Source: Macrostomum lignano
Taxonomy: Eukaryota
Direction: 5' to 3'
Length of the DNA: 64,000 nt
NCBI GenBank assembly: GCA_002269645.1
Contig: NIVC01000094.1
Span: 434,001-498,000, forward strand
In this document: positions 40,530 through 64,000 of the stretch, piece after piece
How the letters are laid out: each line of letters starts with the position of its first letter
How positions within the stretch are numbered: position 1 is the stretch's first letter
The notes under the pieces: model-generated
Database searches by the model: none
What the model saw: only the letters and a program-made list of their open reading frames with translations
Told to the model about the DNA's origin: nothing
Program-made: the position numbers and the translations under genes

Positions 40530-41245
40530 GTCAACCCCACTCCCTAGCCCTGCTAACCCTTCACTCTGAGGCACCAACACCACTCGCTACCCCCGCTACC
40601 CCTCATTTTGAAGCACCAACCCCACTCCCTGCCCCCGCTACGCCTCATTATCTGAGGCACCAACCCCACTCCCTGCCCCCGCTACGCCTCATTATCTGAG
40701 GCACCAACCCCACTCCCTGCCCCCGCTACTCCTCATTCTCTGAGGCGGCACCAACCCCACTTTCTGCCCCGCTACCCCTCATTATCTGAGGCACCAACCC
40801 CAATTCCTGCCCCGCTACCCCTCATTATCTGAGGCACCAACCCCACTTTCTGCCCCGCTACCCCTCACTCTCTGAGGCACCAACTCCACTCCCTGCCCCG
40901 CTACCCCTCACTCCCTGAGGCACCAACCCCACTCCCTGCCCCGCTACCCCTCACTCTCTGAGGCACCAACTCCACTTCCTGCCCCGCTACCCCTCACTCT
41001 CTGAGGCACCAACTCCACTCTCTGCCCCGCTACCCCTCACTCTCTGAGGCACCAACTCCACTCCCTGCCCCGCTACCCCTCACTCTCTGAGGCACCAACC
41101 CCACTCCCTGCCCCGCTACCCCTCACTCTCTGAGGCACCAACCCCACTTTCTTCCCCGCTACCCCTCATTATCTGAGGCACCAACCCCACTCCCTGCCCG
41201 CTACCCCTCACTCTCTGAGACACCAACCTCACTCCCTGCCCCTAC
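40530..41245 (+). repeat. ~43-bp C-rich minisatellite
   Basis: ctgaggcaccaaccccactccctgccccgctacccctcactct variants. Confidence 0.9.
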
Positions 41246-42019
41246 AAAGCGACTCTCTTCTGGATCTCCCACTCTTTTAACAGCCCATTTAAAATGTTAA
41301 TCCCAAATCCTGATGCAGCGTCAGTCTCTCATCTCTGCATGCGATTACGCAGATATAAAGTAAAGTCATTCATTGAATAAAAATATATATATGTATGCTT
41401 TGTTGTAATTGTTATGAAATAAAAAACGCATAAGAAGGAAAATTCATTTATCAAGATACTACTTTACTCGAGTAGCTATAAGTAGAGTAGAAGGGACTCG
41501 AGTGCAGTTTTATTTTTTCTAATCAAACAGTTTTCAATGTGAAGAGTCTCTTAAAAAACAGTTGGAAAGAACAATCTGCGACACGTCTAATTTTCAGAAT
41601 ACAAAGCTGTAAAATTTGCCAGATGAATAAATAGCGGCTCACATAAACCTATTTTTATTAGCGTCTAAAATCAACCTTTTGAGTTGAGAAGATCTGCAAA
41701 TACTGAGGTCGAATAGCAAATAGCAAAGGAGAGTTACAACTGTCTGAAAGGGGCTGGTTGGGGAAGTTGTGTTCAATAGCGGCAGCAGGTACACAAAGAA
41801 GACTTATCAACAACAAAGAGAATAAACAAATAAGTAGATTTCAATAAAAACAAGTCAAATAAAATTAGTTATAATGACTGAATTTGGAGCTGAAAAAATC
41901 CTACACTTTAATCTGTCTCTACCTGGGACTTCATTAGAAATCAAAACAAAAATAGTTGACAGCAATCGTTAATCACTAAGCCAGTTATCTGTCATTCACG
42001 AACTAGTTATCATCAACAA

Positions 42020-43370
42020 TCATCATTTTCTAATGAGCCACCATTCATCATTTTTATAATAAGTCATAATCATCATTTTCTAATCGGTCATTAATAATAA
42101 TTTTCTAATGGGTCATCAATCATCATTTTCTGATGAGTCATCAATCATCATTTTCTAATGGGTCATCAATAATAATTTTCTAATGGGTCATCAATCATCA
42201 TTTTCTAATGGGTCATCAATAATAATTTTCTAATGGGTCATCAATCATCATTTTCTAATGGGTCATCAATAATAATTTTCTAATGGGTCATCAATCATCA
42301 TTTTCTAATGGGTCATCAATAATCATTTTCTAATGGGTCATCAATCATCATTTTCTAATGGGTCATCAATCATCATTTTCTAATGGGTCATCAATCATCA
42401 TTTTCTGATGAGTCATCAATCATCATTTTCTAATGAGTCAACAATCATCATTTTCTGATGAGTCATCAATCATCATTTTCTGATGAGTCATCAATCATCA
42501 TTTTCTAATCGGTCATCAATCATCATTTTCTAATCGGTCATCAATCATCATTTTCTAATGGGTCATCAATCATCATTTTCTAATCGGTCATCAATCATCA
42601 TTTTCTAATCGGTCATCAATCATCATTTTCTGATGAGTCATCAATCATCATTTTCTAATCGGTCATCAATCATCATTTTCTAATCGGTCATCAATCATCA
42701 TTTTCTAATCGGTCATCAATCATCATTTTCTAATCGGTCATCAATAATCATTTTCTAATGGGTCATCAATCATCATTTTGTGATGAGTCATCAATCATCA
42801 TTTTCTGATGAGTCATCAATCATCATTTTCTAATGGGTCATTAATCATCATTTTCTAATGAGTCATCAATCATCATTTTCTGATGAGCCAAAAATCATCA
42901 TTTTCTAATGAGTCATCATTCATCATTTTCTAATGAGTCATAATCATCATTTTCTAATCGGTCATCAATAATCATTTTCTAATAGGTCATCAATCATCAT
43001 TTTCTGATGAGTCATCAATCATTATTTTCTAATGGGTCATCAATCATCATTTTCTAATGGGTCATTAATCATCATTTTCTGATGAGTCATCAATCATCAT
43101 TTTGTGATGAGTCATCAATCATCATTTTCTAATGAGTCAACAATCATCAGTTTCTAATGAGTCATAATTCATCATTTTCTAATGGGTCTACAATCATCAG
43201 TTTCTAATAAGCCATCATTCATCATTTTTATAATGAGTCATAATCATCATTTTCTAATGAGTCGTCAATCATCATTTTCTAATGGGTCATCATTCATCAT
43301 TTTATAATGAGTCTTAATCAATATTTTCTGATCAGCCAACAATCATTATTTTATAAGGAGTCATCATCAA
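42020..43370 (+). repeat. 25-bp AT-rich minisatellite (aatcatcattttctaatgggtcatc)n
   Basis: About 50 copies, degenerate at both ends. Confidence 0.94.
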
Positions 43371-43565
43371 TCCTCATCATTCACAAATAAATCAGTTACC
43401 ACAAGCCATTATTAATGATCAAATTCCGACCCAAATTAAAACGACTCCAGCCAGTCGCAAAAGAATTCGCAAAGCAGATCGCCGAGCATTGACTTTGACC
43501 AGGAGCTACAAAGCCGGGAAAAAAGGCGGGGGTCAGAAGTTGCCGCCAACACAGCAGCTTGATGA

Positions 43566-56410
<12,845 letters not shown>

Positions 56411-56827
56411 CCACTCGGCGCGTACAGGAGCGGGTCAGGAATAGAAAAGCGGACAGGGTGAGGCTCAGGCTGAGAACCGACTCAACTTCCTCATGCAGCT
56501 CCCCATCCCCTGCACCCTTGGCTAATCTCCATTTGTCTCTCTGCGGGATCTGAGCCCGCTGCACTGATGGATGCGACTTCTCTCCCCCCCTCTCCCCCTC
56601 TCTCCCCCTTCCCCTCCACCCCACCCCTCTTTCTCTCCCATCATCCAGCTTCCCAATCGGGCATCAGCAGCAGCGGCAATCGGCAACAATAAACTGTTGG
56701 CTCGGCTGCTGCTCCAGAGAAAACACCAACAAGCTGCAGCTGGGAGGAAAAACAAGTGGCCGTTCCTGCAACCCCCCGTTTTCAGCCTCCTCAGGCCTAG
56801 GCTCCAGCAGTTCCGCAGTCTGCCTGC

Positions 56828-56859
<32 letters not shown>

Positions 56860-56971
56860 CTCTAGGTTAAAATTGCAGAGGCTCACAAAGACACAGAGGC
56901 AGAAAGAGACAGTGTGTGTATATGTGCTACGAACCCCTAGCTGACCTCGGCGGGACCAATATTCACCAGCA

Positions 56972-59900
56972 ATGGCCGCTGATGTAAGTACCGCGATAGA
57001 CTTTTTTTTCTTTTGTAAAAAAGGACAAGTTTAACAAACAAGTGAACCCACGTCGGGCAAAACACTTGCAATTGCTCTTTCTTAAGATTCTGAAGTTCGA
57101 TATTTGACGGCCAACCATTTGGGTTATGGTTGCAGTTAGAGTTTAGGTTAGGGTTTTAGGTCAGGGTTTAGGTTTGTGTTTAGCTTAGGGTTTAGTATAG
57201 GATTTAGTATAGGGTTTAGTTTAGAGTTTAGTTTAGGGTTTAATTTAGGGTTAGTTTAGGGTTTAGTTTAGGGTTTAGTTTAGGGTTTAGTTTAGAGTTT
57301 AGTATAGGGTTTAGTTTAGGGTTTAGTTTAGGGTTCAGTTTAGGGGTTAGTTTAGGGTTTACGAGTTAGTTTAAGGTTTTTGCTCAGTTTGCGATCTTTC
57401 TTTTCCAAAATCAGCTGTCCCGTGAGTTTCAGCTGGCAATTAAATGTTTTTAATGGATAGTTACGAGCTAAAAACTTGCAGGCAAAATTTTTTTTTAATT
57501 TTCAACGGGGACGCTTGAGACTCTAAAATCTTGTCTATTTAGCGCCCCAGAAATTCTGCTTGAGCAATGCAAACAGAAGCAAATTAATAATTTATGCAAT
57601 AAAAAGACTAAAAGCTTAGAATCCCATCAGGAATTCCTCCCTCATCGCTTCCAGCCTCTCAAACCGGAGGATGACTGCGACATGGCGACCACACTGGAGG
57701 AGCCTTTTAGTGCGTGAGACCGTTCTGAAACAGTTTCTGCCGAAAAAAGATGAATTATGATTTCTGATCCTGCTGCGGCCTGCTGGTGCAGCGGGATTGA
57801 AAAATATTTTATGATTATCAGGAGATGAAAATGAGTTAAAAGAATTAAGATGAGGGAATTAAGACAAAGCTGGCCTAGTGCCAACTGTAGCTCGGGTCCC
57901 ATCAACACAAATACCGACACCTTCCAAATCCAGGTACCCAAACAACCATTCAGATACCCAAGCACTAATACAGGCACCCAAACACCCATCCAGGTACACA
58001 AACACCCATCCAGGTACCCAAACAACCATTCAGATACCCAAGCACTAATACAGGCACCCAAACACCCATCCAGGTACCCAAACACGCATCCAGGCACCCA
58101 AAAACCCATCCAGGCACCCAAACACCCACCCAGGTACCGAAAAATACCCACTCAGGTGCCCAAACACCTATCCAGGTAACCAAAACATCCATCTAGGTAC
58201 CCAAACACCCATCCAGGTACCCAAACACCCATCCAGGTACCAAAAAACTCACCCGCAGTGTCCAAAGGCGAGCTCGCCCTGCACGAGGCGGCCCGCACAG
58301 GCAAGGAGGCCCGTCTGGAGGAGCTGCTGACGATCGTGAAGGTGGACTGTCGCAACAACCTGAACCGCACAGCGCTGCACATGGCGGCCAGCAAGGGCCA
58401 GACGGGGGCTGTCCGAGTCCTGCTCGAATACAAGGCCGGCATCGAGCTGGCCGACAAGTACGGCATGACCGCCTTGATGTGGGCGACCTACTTCGGCCAC
58501 ATCGAAGTTGTAGAACTGCTGCTGGAACGGTCGGCCAGCGTCAAGAAACGAAACAAGCTCGGCATGCACGCGCTGCACATCGCGGCCGACCAGAACAACT
58601 GCGAGCTGGTGCGGCTGTACCTCACCAAGACTAAGAAGAGCATCCTGAATGACACCGAGAAGGTGACAGTGGAGTTGCTTTAAATATCGACTGTAATGTT
58701 TAGACATTGATTTCAATATTATCGCTCCTTTCTGTAGAACGGCCAGACGGCTCTGATGATTGCGGCTGGAAAAGGCAACATTGAGGTTGTGCAACTGCTG
58801 CTGAGCTATCCGGAGGTTGATCTGATGGTCAAGGACGCTGTGAGTTTCTGCATCGTTGCAGGCTCTCCAATCAGGAAGACACTTGTAACGCTAGTCGTAA
58901 CGCATTGACAAAGGGGTGGGAGTGAGTATGGACTGGGAGTAGGGAGGGGCAGGGAGTGAGGAGGGGCAGGGAGTGAGGAGGGGCAGGGAGTGAGGAGGCG
59001 CAGGGAGTGAGGAGGGGCAGGGAGTGAGGAGGGGCAGGGAGTGAGGAGGGGCAGGGAGTGAGGAGGGGCAGGGAGTGAGGAGGGGCAGGGAGTGAGGAGG
59101 GGCAGGGAGTGAGGAGGGGCAGGGAGTGAGGAGGGGCAGGGAGTGAGGAGGGGCAGGGAGTGAGGAGGGGCTGGGAGTGAGGAGGGGCAGGGAGTGAGGA
59201 GGGGCAGGGAGTGAGGAGGGGCTGGGAGTGAGGAGGGGCAGGGAGTGAGGAGGGGCAGGGAGTGAGGAGGGGCAGGGAGTGAGGAGGGGCAGGGAGTGAG
59301 GAGGGGCAGGGAGTGAGGAGGGGCAGGGAGTGAGGAGGGGCAGGGAGTGAGGAGGGGCAGGGAGTGAGGAGGGGCAGGGAGTGAGGAGGGGCAGGGAGTG
59401 AGGAGGGGCAGGGAGTGAGGAGGGGCAGGGAGTGAGGAGGGGTAGGGAGTGAGGTGGGTATGAAATAATAACTACCCAATAAATAACAATCGCTCCAGAA
59501 AAAGATGACGGCACTGCATCTGGCAGCGGAGAACGGATGCGCCAAGGTGCTAGAAGAGCTGCTCCGGGAGGTGTACAAGCTGCGGGACCTGGTGAACGAG
59601 AAGGACGAAAGTGAGCGAATCCCGCTGCACTACGCGGTTGAAAAGGGCCACATCGGGGCGATCCGCTGCCTGCTGACCCACGGCAGCGAGGTGAACGCCA
59701 CCGCTGAGGTAGGGAAGCCTTTCATAGCCCAATCTGAGTTATTTTATTGATACAACTCCACCTTCAGAGTGAATAAATTTCAGCGCGAAATGACGGCTTT
59801 CCACCTGGCCGCTGTCAAGGGTCACATGGACGTGCTCAAATACCTCAAAGAGCACGGCGCCAACGTGAACGCTCTGAACCTTGTGAGTTCTAACTCGCTT

Positions 59901-62076
59901 TCTGAAAATAATCTTTTATAAAAATCAGAAGCTGATACAGTAATAACGGTATGACTGAGTCTCAGCCGCAACACAGGAATGAGGCTGAGGTGAAGAATTA
60001 GTACTGTCCAATTCATTCCTATGGCCACTGATAATGATACTGATTTTGTAGTGATTTCCCCTCTCCCTCTCTCCCCTTCTCTTTCTTCCCTCTGCCTCTC
60101 TACACCTCCCTTTCTCTCCTCTCCCTCTCTCCCCTTCTCTTTCTTCCCTCTGCCTATCTACCCCTCCCTTTCTCTCCTCTCCCTGTCTTATCCCATCCCT
60201 TTCTCCCCAGTCTCCCTCTCTACCCCCTCTCCATCTCTCCCTCTCTCTTCCTCTTTCTCCCTCTCTCTCCCTCTCTTCCTCTCCCTCTCTCTCTCTCTTC
60301 CTCTCTCCCTCTCTCTCCTCTCTCTCCCTCTCTTCCTCTCCCTCTCTCTCCCTCTCTTCCTCTCCCTCTCTCTCCCTCTCTCTCCCTCTCTCTCCCTCTC
60401 TCCCTCTCTCTCCCTCTCTTCCTCTCCCTCTTTCTCCCTCTCTCTCCCTCTCTCTCCCTCTCTCTCCCTCTCTTCCTCTCCCTCTCTCTCCCTCTCTTCC
60501 TCTCCCTCTCTCTCCCTCTCTCTCCCTCTCTCTTCCTCTCTCTCCCTCTCTTCCTCTCCCTCTCTCCCTCTCTCTCCCTCTCTCTCCCTCTCTTCCTCTC
60601 CCTCTCTCTCCTCTCTTCCTCTCCCTCTCTCTCCCTCTCTTCCTCTCCCTCTCTCTCCCTCTCTTCCTCTCCCTCTCTCCCTCTCTCTCCCTCTCTCTCC
60701 CTCTCTTCCTCTCCCTCTCTCTCCCTCTCTTCTCTCTTCCTCTCCCTCTCTCTCCCTCTCTCTCCCTCTCTCCCTCTCTCGAAGTGGTCGCCCAGCCAGA
60801 CTCTCCGCCTCATCCCTGAAATCCCCAGACGCACAGCACTGCTCTGCACTACGCCGCTCTAAACGACAGCGCGGAGCAAATCTTCACCTTGGTGAGCCTG
60901 GGCTGCGAGACCTCCCTGCCCAACAACGTGAGCACACCGATTGCAGTCGCAAATTTCAGTTTAATAAAAGAATCATCAAAGCCCAGGCAAGCTCAGCCGT
61001 GCTTTAATCCCGACCCGCTCTCGTCTCCAGCGCAACCAGACTCCGCTTCATCTGGCCGTGGAGCAGAACAAGCCGAATGCTGCTGAGGCGCTGCTGTTGT
61101 GCGACGCCCCCATCAACGTGCGAGACAAGGTGAGCCGCTGCCCCCCCCCCATGACTGCGGCGCTCCGGCAAGCCGGCAGTTAAAACTTATTCCTACAAGA
61201 GCGCTGTTGTAAAAGTGCACAGTCTACTTCAGATTTTAATCTGCCATAAATCATATTGGCAACACTAAGAATATAACAGAATAGAATAGAATAGAATAGA
61301 ATAGAATAGAATAGAATAGAATAGAATAGAATAGAATAGAATAGAATAGAATAGAATAGAATAGAATAGAATAGAATAGAATAGAATAGAATAGAATAGA
61401 ATAGAATAGAATAGAATTGAATAGAATAGAAATAGAATAGAATAGAATAGAATAGAATAGAATAGAAAAGAATAGAATAGAATAGAATAGAATAGAATAG
61501 AATAGAATAGAATAGAATAGAATAGAATAGAAATAGAATAGAATAAAATAGAATAGAATAGAATAGAATAGAATAGAATAGAATAGAATAGAATAGAATA
61601 GAATAGAATAGAATAGAATAGAATAGAATAGAATAGAATAGAATAGAATAGAATAGAATAGAATAGAATAGAATAGAATAGAATAGAATAGAATAGAATA
61701 GAATAGAATAGAATAGAATAGAATAGAATAGAATAGAATAGAATAGAATAGAATAGAATAGAATAGAATAGAATAGAATAGAATAGAATAGAATAGAATA
61801 GAATAGAATAGAGACTAGAATAGCTAGTCAGCTAGTTTGGTAGCCGTTCCGTCTAAAATTTTTATTTTTTATTTTTTTAGTCAAGGCCTGCAGCCTGCAA
61901 CAACCAATCAACAGCGAGTGACCTTGAGTATTGTTCAGTACGCATGTACATTCCCACCAATATTCCCACCAACATTCCAGACCGGGAAAACCCCCCTCAT
62001 CCTGGCCACGAGAGGCAGCTACATCAGCATGGTGGACATGATTATCAAGGCCGAGAGATACAGGGAGAGGAAAAAG
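56972..62076 (+). CDS. ANKDD1A: Ankyrin repeat protein, ANKDD1-like, 3'-partial: join(56972..56983,57655..57709,58259..58662,58738..58839,59499..59708,59784..59882,60829..60927,61031..61129,61981..62076); continues beyond the identified exons
   Basis: Ankyrin TALH/TPLH repeats in phase-0 exons of ~99 nt. GELALHEAAR and GKTPLILATRGSYISMVDMIIKAERY recall ANKDD1 (LHEAAR; SLVDMIIKADR). The death-domain exons were not found. The two short 5' exons are less certain. Confidence 0.8.
57140..57380 (+). repeat. Telomere-like 12-bp repeat (tttagggtttag)n in the ankyrin gene intron 1
   Basis: Alternating TTAGGG/TTTAG units. Confidence 0.85.
57925..58240 (+). repeat. 20-bp repeat (caggtacccaaacacccatc)n
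   Basis: About 15 copies ending ~18 nt before the acceptor at 58258. Confidence 0.9.
58915..59452 (+). repeat. 17-bp G-rich repeat (gggcagggagtgaggag)n
   Basis: About 31 copies. Confidence 0.95.
60058..60780 (+). repeat. CT-rich low-complexity tract
   Basis: About 720 bp of almost only C/T. Confidence 0.94.
61277..61812 (+). repeat. (AATAG)n pentamer microsatellite
   Basis: About 107 copies. Confidence 0.97.
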
Positions 62077-63571
62077 GTCAGAAGCTGACGGGAGTTGCAT
62101 AATTATCGCTTTACTTTCTAAAAGTACATTTTGCTCACCGCTTGGGTTGGCCGACTGCTTTCAAAAAACAAATAATTACTTCTCGCCTACTAACTCTTCT
62201 CTAGCTAAAATCTTAAAACCCGTCTTTTAGACAAGAACAGCTTTGCTGCATAAGCTTAGAGCAAATCGGGTAAGCCGAACCCCCTCACTTGGAGGAGTTG
62301 TGAATCAGTTAATACGAGGGAAGGTATTCGCATGACTCTCGCATATTATTGCACGAATACATTTTTGTGGTTTAGTCACATCCATGTGACTGGCTACGGT
62401 TCGTTTTCTGCCAATCACTGACCAAGCTTATAATAGGATCTAGAAGAACGTAACATTCAACCTCTGTTCCGAGAGGCATTAGCATGATTTTCGAGTGACC
62501 TTGGAGGGAATTCCCAACTTGCACCCACCTCCCTGCTTCACTGTACAAGAAAGGATGGAAACAACAAGACATGCACGAGAGTGGCCTTGGGAATCCCCGA
62601 CCGTCTCCACCGACAGTCAAAACAAATTAATTTGCGCCATTGGCTCAGAGTCGTCACGTGACTGCAGGGAACTCCGGAGGGGCGACAAAAGCACAAGGAA
62701 GAAGCACAAAAGAACTGCACTGTAGCATTTTGCCCATCTCCCTAGTGTATCAAGGATCAATGATACGAGCTACATTCCAGGGTGTTACGTTCTTCTAATA
62801 AACAAAGTGCTTCAAGTGTGGTTTCTTGCTTATTACGTCTCGTCATAGCTTTTAGTGAAAAGCTTTTTACAACTCGATTTAGACCACCAGTAAAGCCGCA
62901 TAACAGTAAGGCAGAGGTTCAACACACCGACACCATCGTGTGTCTCTGCTTCGAGCTTATAGCTTAGAGCGCAACCGCACCATTCATTCAAGTTCGACTA
63001 TCAACCCTTGAGGTTTGGACACTTCATGCGACTCCCCGCAGCCTCGAAGGTGCTTTTTAGTAGTTGTTATAGAATCCTTTTTACTTACGTTGTTAAATAA
63101 AGTTTGAAATATTAAGATAGATTTTGTTTAAATCATTATAACAATCGCTTATGCTCAGGATCCCACTCCCTGTTAGGCAAGTCGCTGAAAATTTTGCTTT
63201 CAATTTTCAAAGTTCCTGTAACTTTTGGTTTGTTGGTAAATATAACTGTGAGCATGCTCAACTAGTTTGCTTCAGTTTAGCTCGTAGTTTGTAATGGGGT
63301 GAAGGCTGCCATGGTCTATTTTACATTTCTGACTTAGGATTTCGCAGAGTTCGTATTATATAATAATTACGCAATCAAAAGATATAATAAAAATTAGTTA
63401 ATTCTATTCGATAAAATTTTATTCCACTCAGGACGCTTGTTTTTTAAATAAATGTATATAACTCTGCAAAGCCTACTTGCATAGGTTAGTGAGTAGTATG
63501 ATGCATTATGTAAGCACTTTTAACGTTTTTATTTACTTTGTAAGGGACGTGTATAAAATTGAATGAGTGAG

Positions 63572-63975
63572 GGGTATTGGAGCTGGGGTATTGGAACTGG
63601 GGTATTGGAGCTGGGGTATTGGAGCTGGGGTATTGGAACTGGGGTTTTGGAGCTGGGGTATTGGAGCTGGAGTATTGGAGCTGGGGTATTGGAGCTGGGG
63701 TATTGGAGCTGGGGTATTGGAACTGGGGTTTTGGAGCTGGAGTATTGGAGCTGGGGTATTGGAGCTGGAGTATTGGAGCTGGAGTATTGGAGCTGGGGTA
63801 TTGGAACTGGGGTTTTGGAGCTGGAGTATTGGAGCTGGGGTATTGGAGCTGGAGTATTGGAGCTGAGGTATTGGAGCGGGGGTATTGGAGCTGGAGTATT
63901 GGAGCTGGGGTATTGGAGCGGGGGTATTGGAGCTGGAGTATTGGAGCTGGGGTATTGGAGCTGGGGTATTAGAGC
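63572..63975 (+). repeat. 14-bp repeat (ggagctggggtatt)n
   Basis: About 28 copies. Confidence 0.95.
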
Positions 63976-64000
63976 TAATGTCATTGAAGAAATGTTTGAG

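Noticed and set aside
42120-43120. CTGATGAG in the 25-bp repeat as a hammerhead ribozyme core
   Set aside because: No stem II and no downstream GAAA; present only in a subset of units.
62372-62967. Short ORFs after the last ankyrin exon as the death-domain exon
   Set aside because: No death-domain-like sequence or convincing phase-0 acceptor found.

Overview
Animal (metazoan) genomic DNA with GC-rich exons, spliceosomal GT-AG introns and about 35 different mini/microsatellite arrays. The style is reminiscent of the flatworm Macrostomum, but that is inference only. I assembled nine protein-coding genes by hand: intronless PLEKHA8/FAPP2-like (PH+GLTP); a 4-exon nuclear receptor (minus); a ~1750-aa 14-repeat cadherin (Cad87A/CDH23-like, 1-nt frameshift); a TSP1-domain membrane protein; ANO10/TMEM16K-like; COLGALT/GLT25D-like with a long His-Pro insertion; a 7-exon ligand-gated channel; CaMKIV-like (minus, 1-nt frameshift); and ANKDD1-like (runs off the window). 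Most long ORFs in the supplied track are repeat artefacts. The main result is the 36474-40344 gene. It is invisible in the ORF track because it is split across introns. Spliced, it reads as an iGluR-type S1-M1-P-M2-S2-M4 channel carrying a full K+ selectivity filter (TMTTVGYGD), i.e. GluR0/AvGluR1-like, and has a duplicated in-frame splice acceptor inside the filter exon. Other notable items: a CRE cluster in the CaMKIV intron, an array of ~26 amplified splice donors in ANO10, a pre-miRNA-like hairpin, and an X-box-like array upstream of FAPP2.
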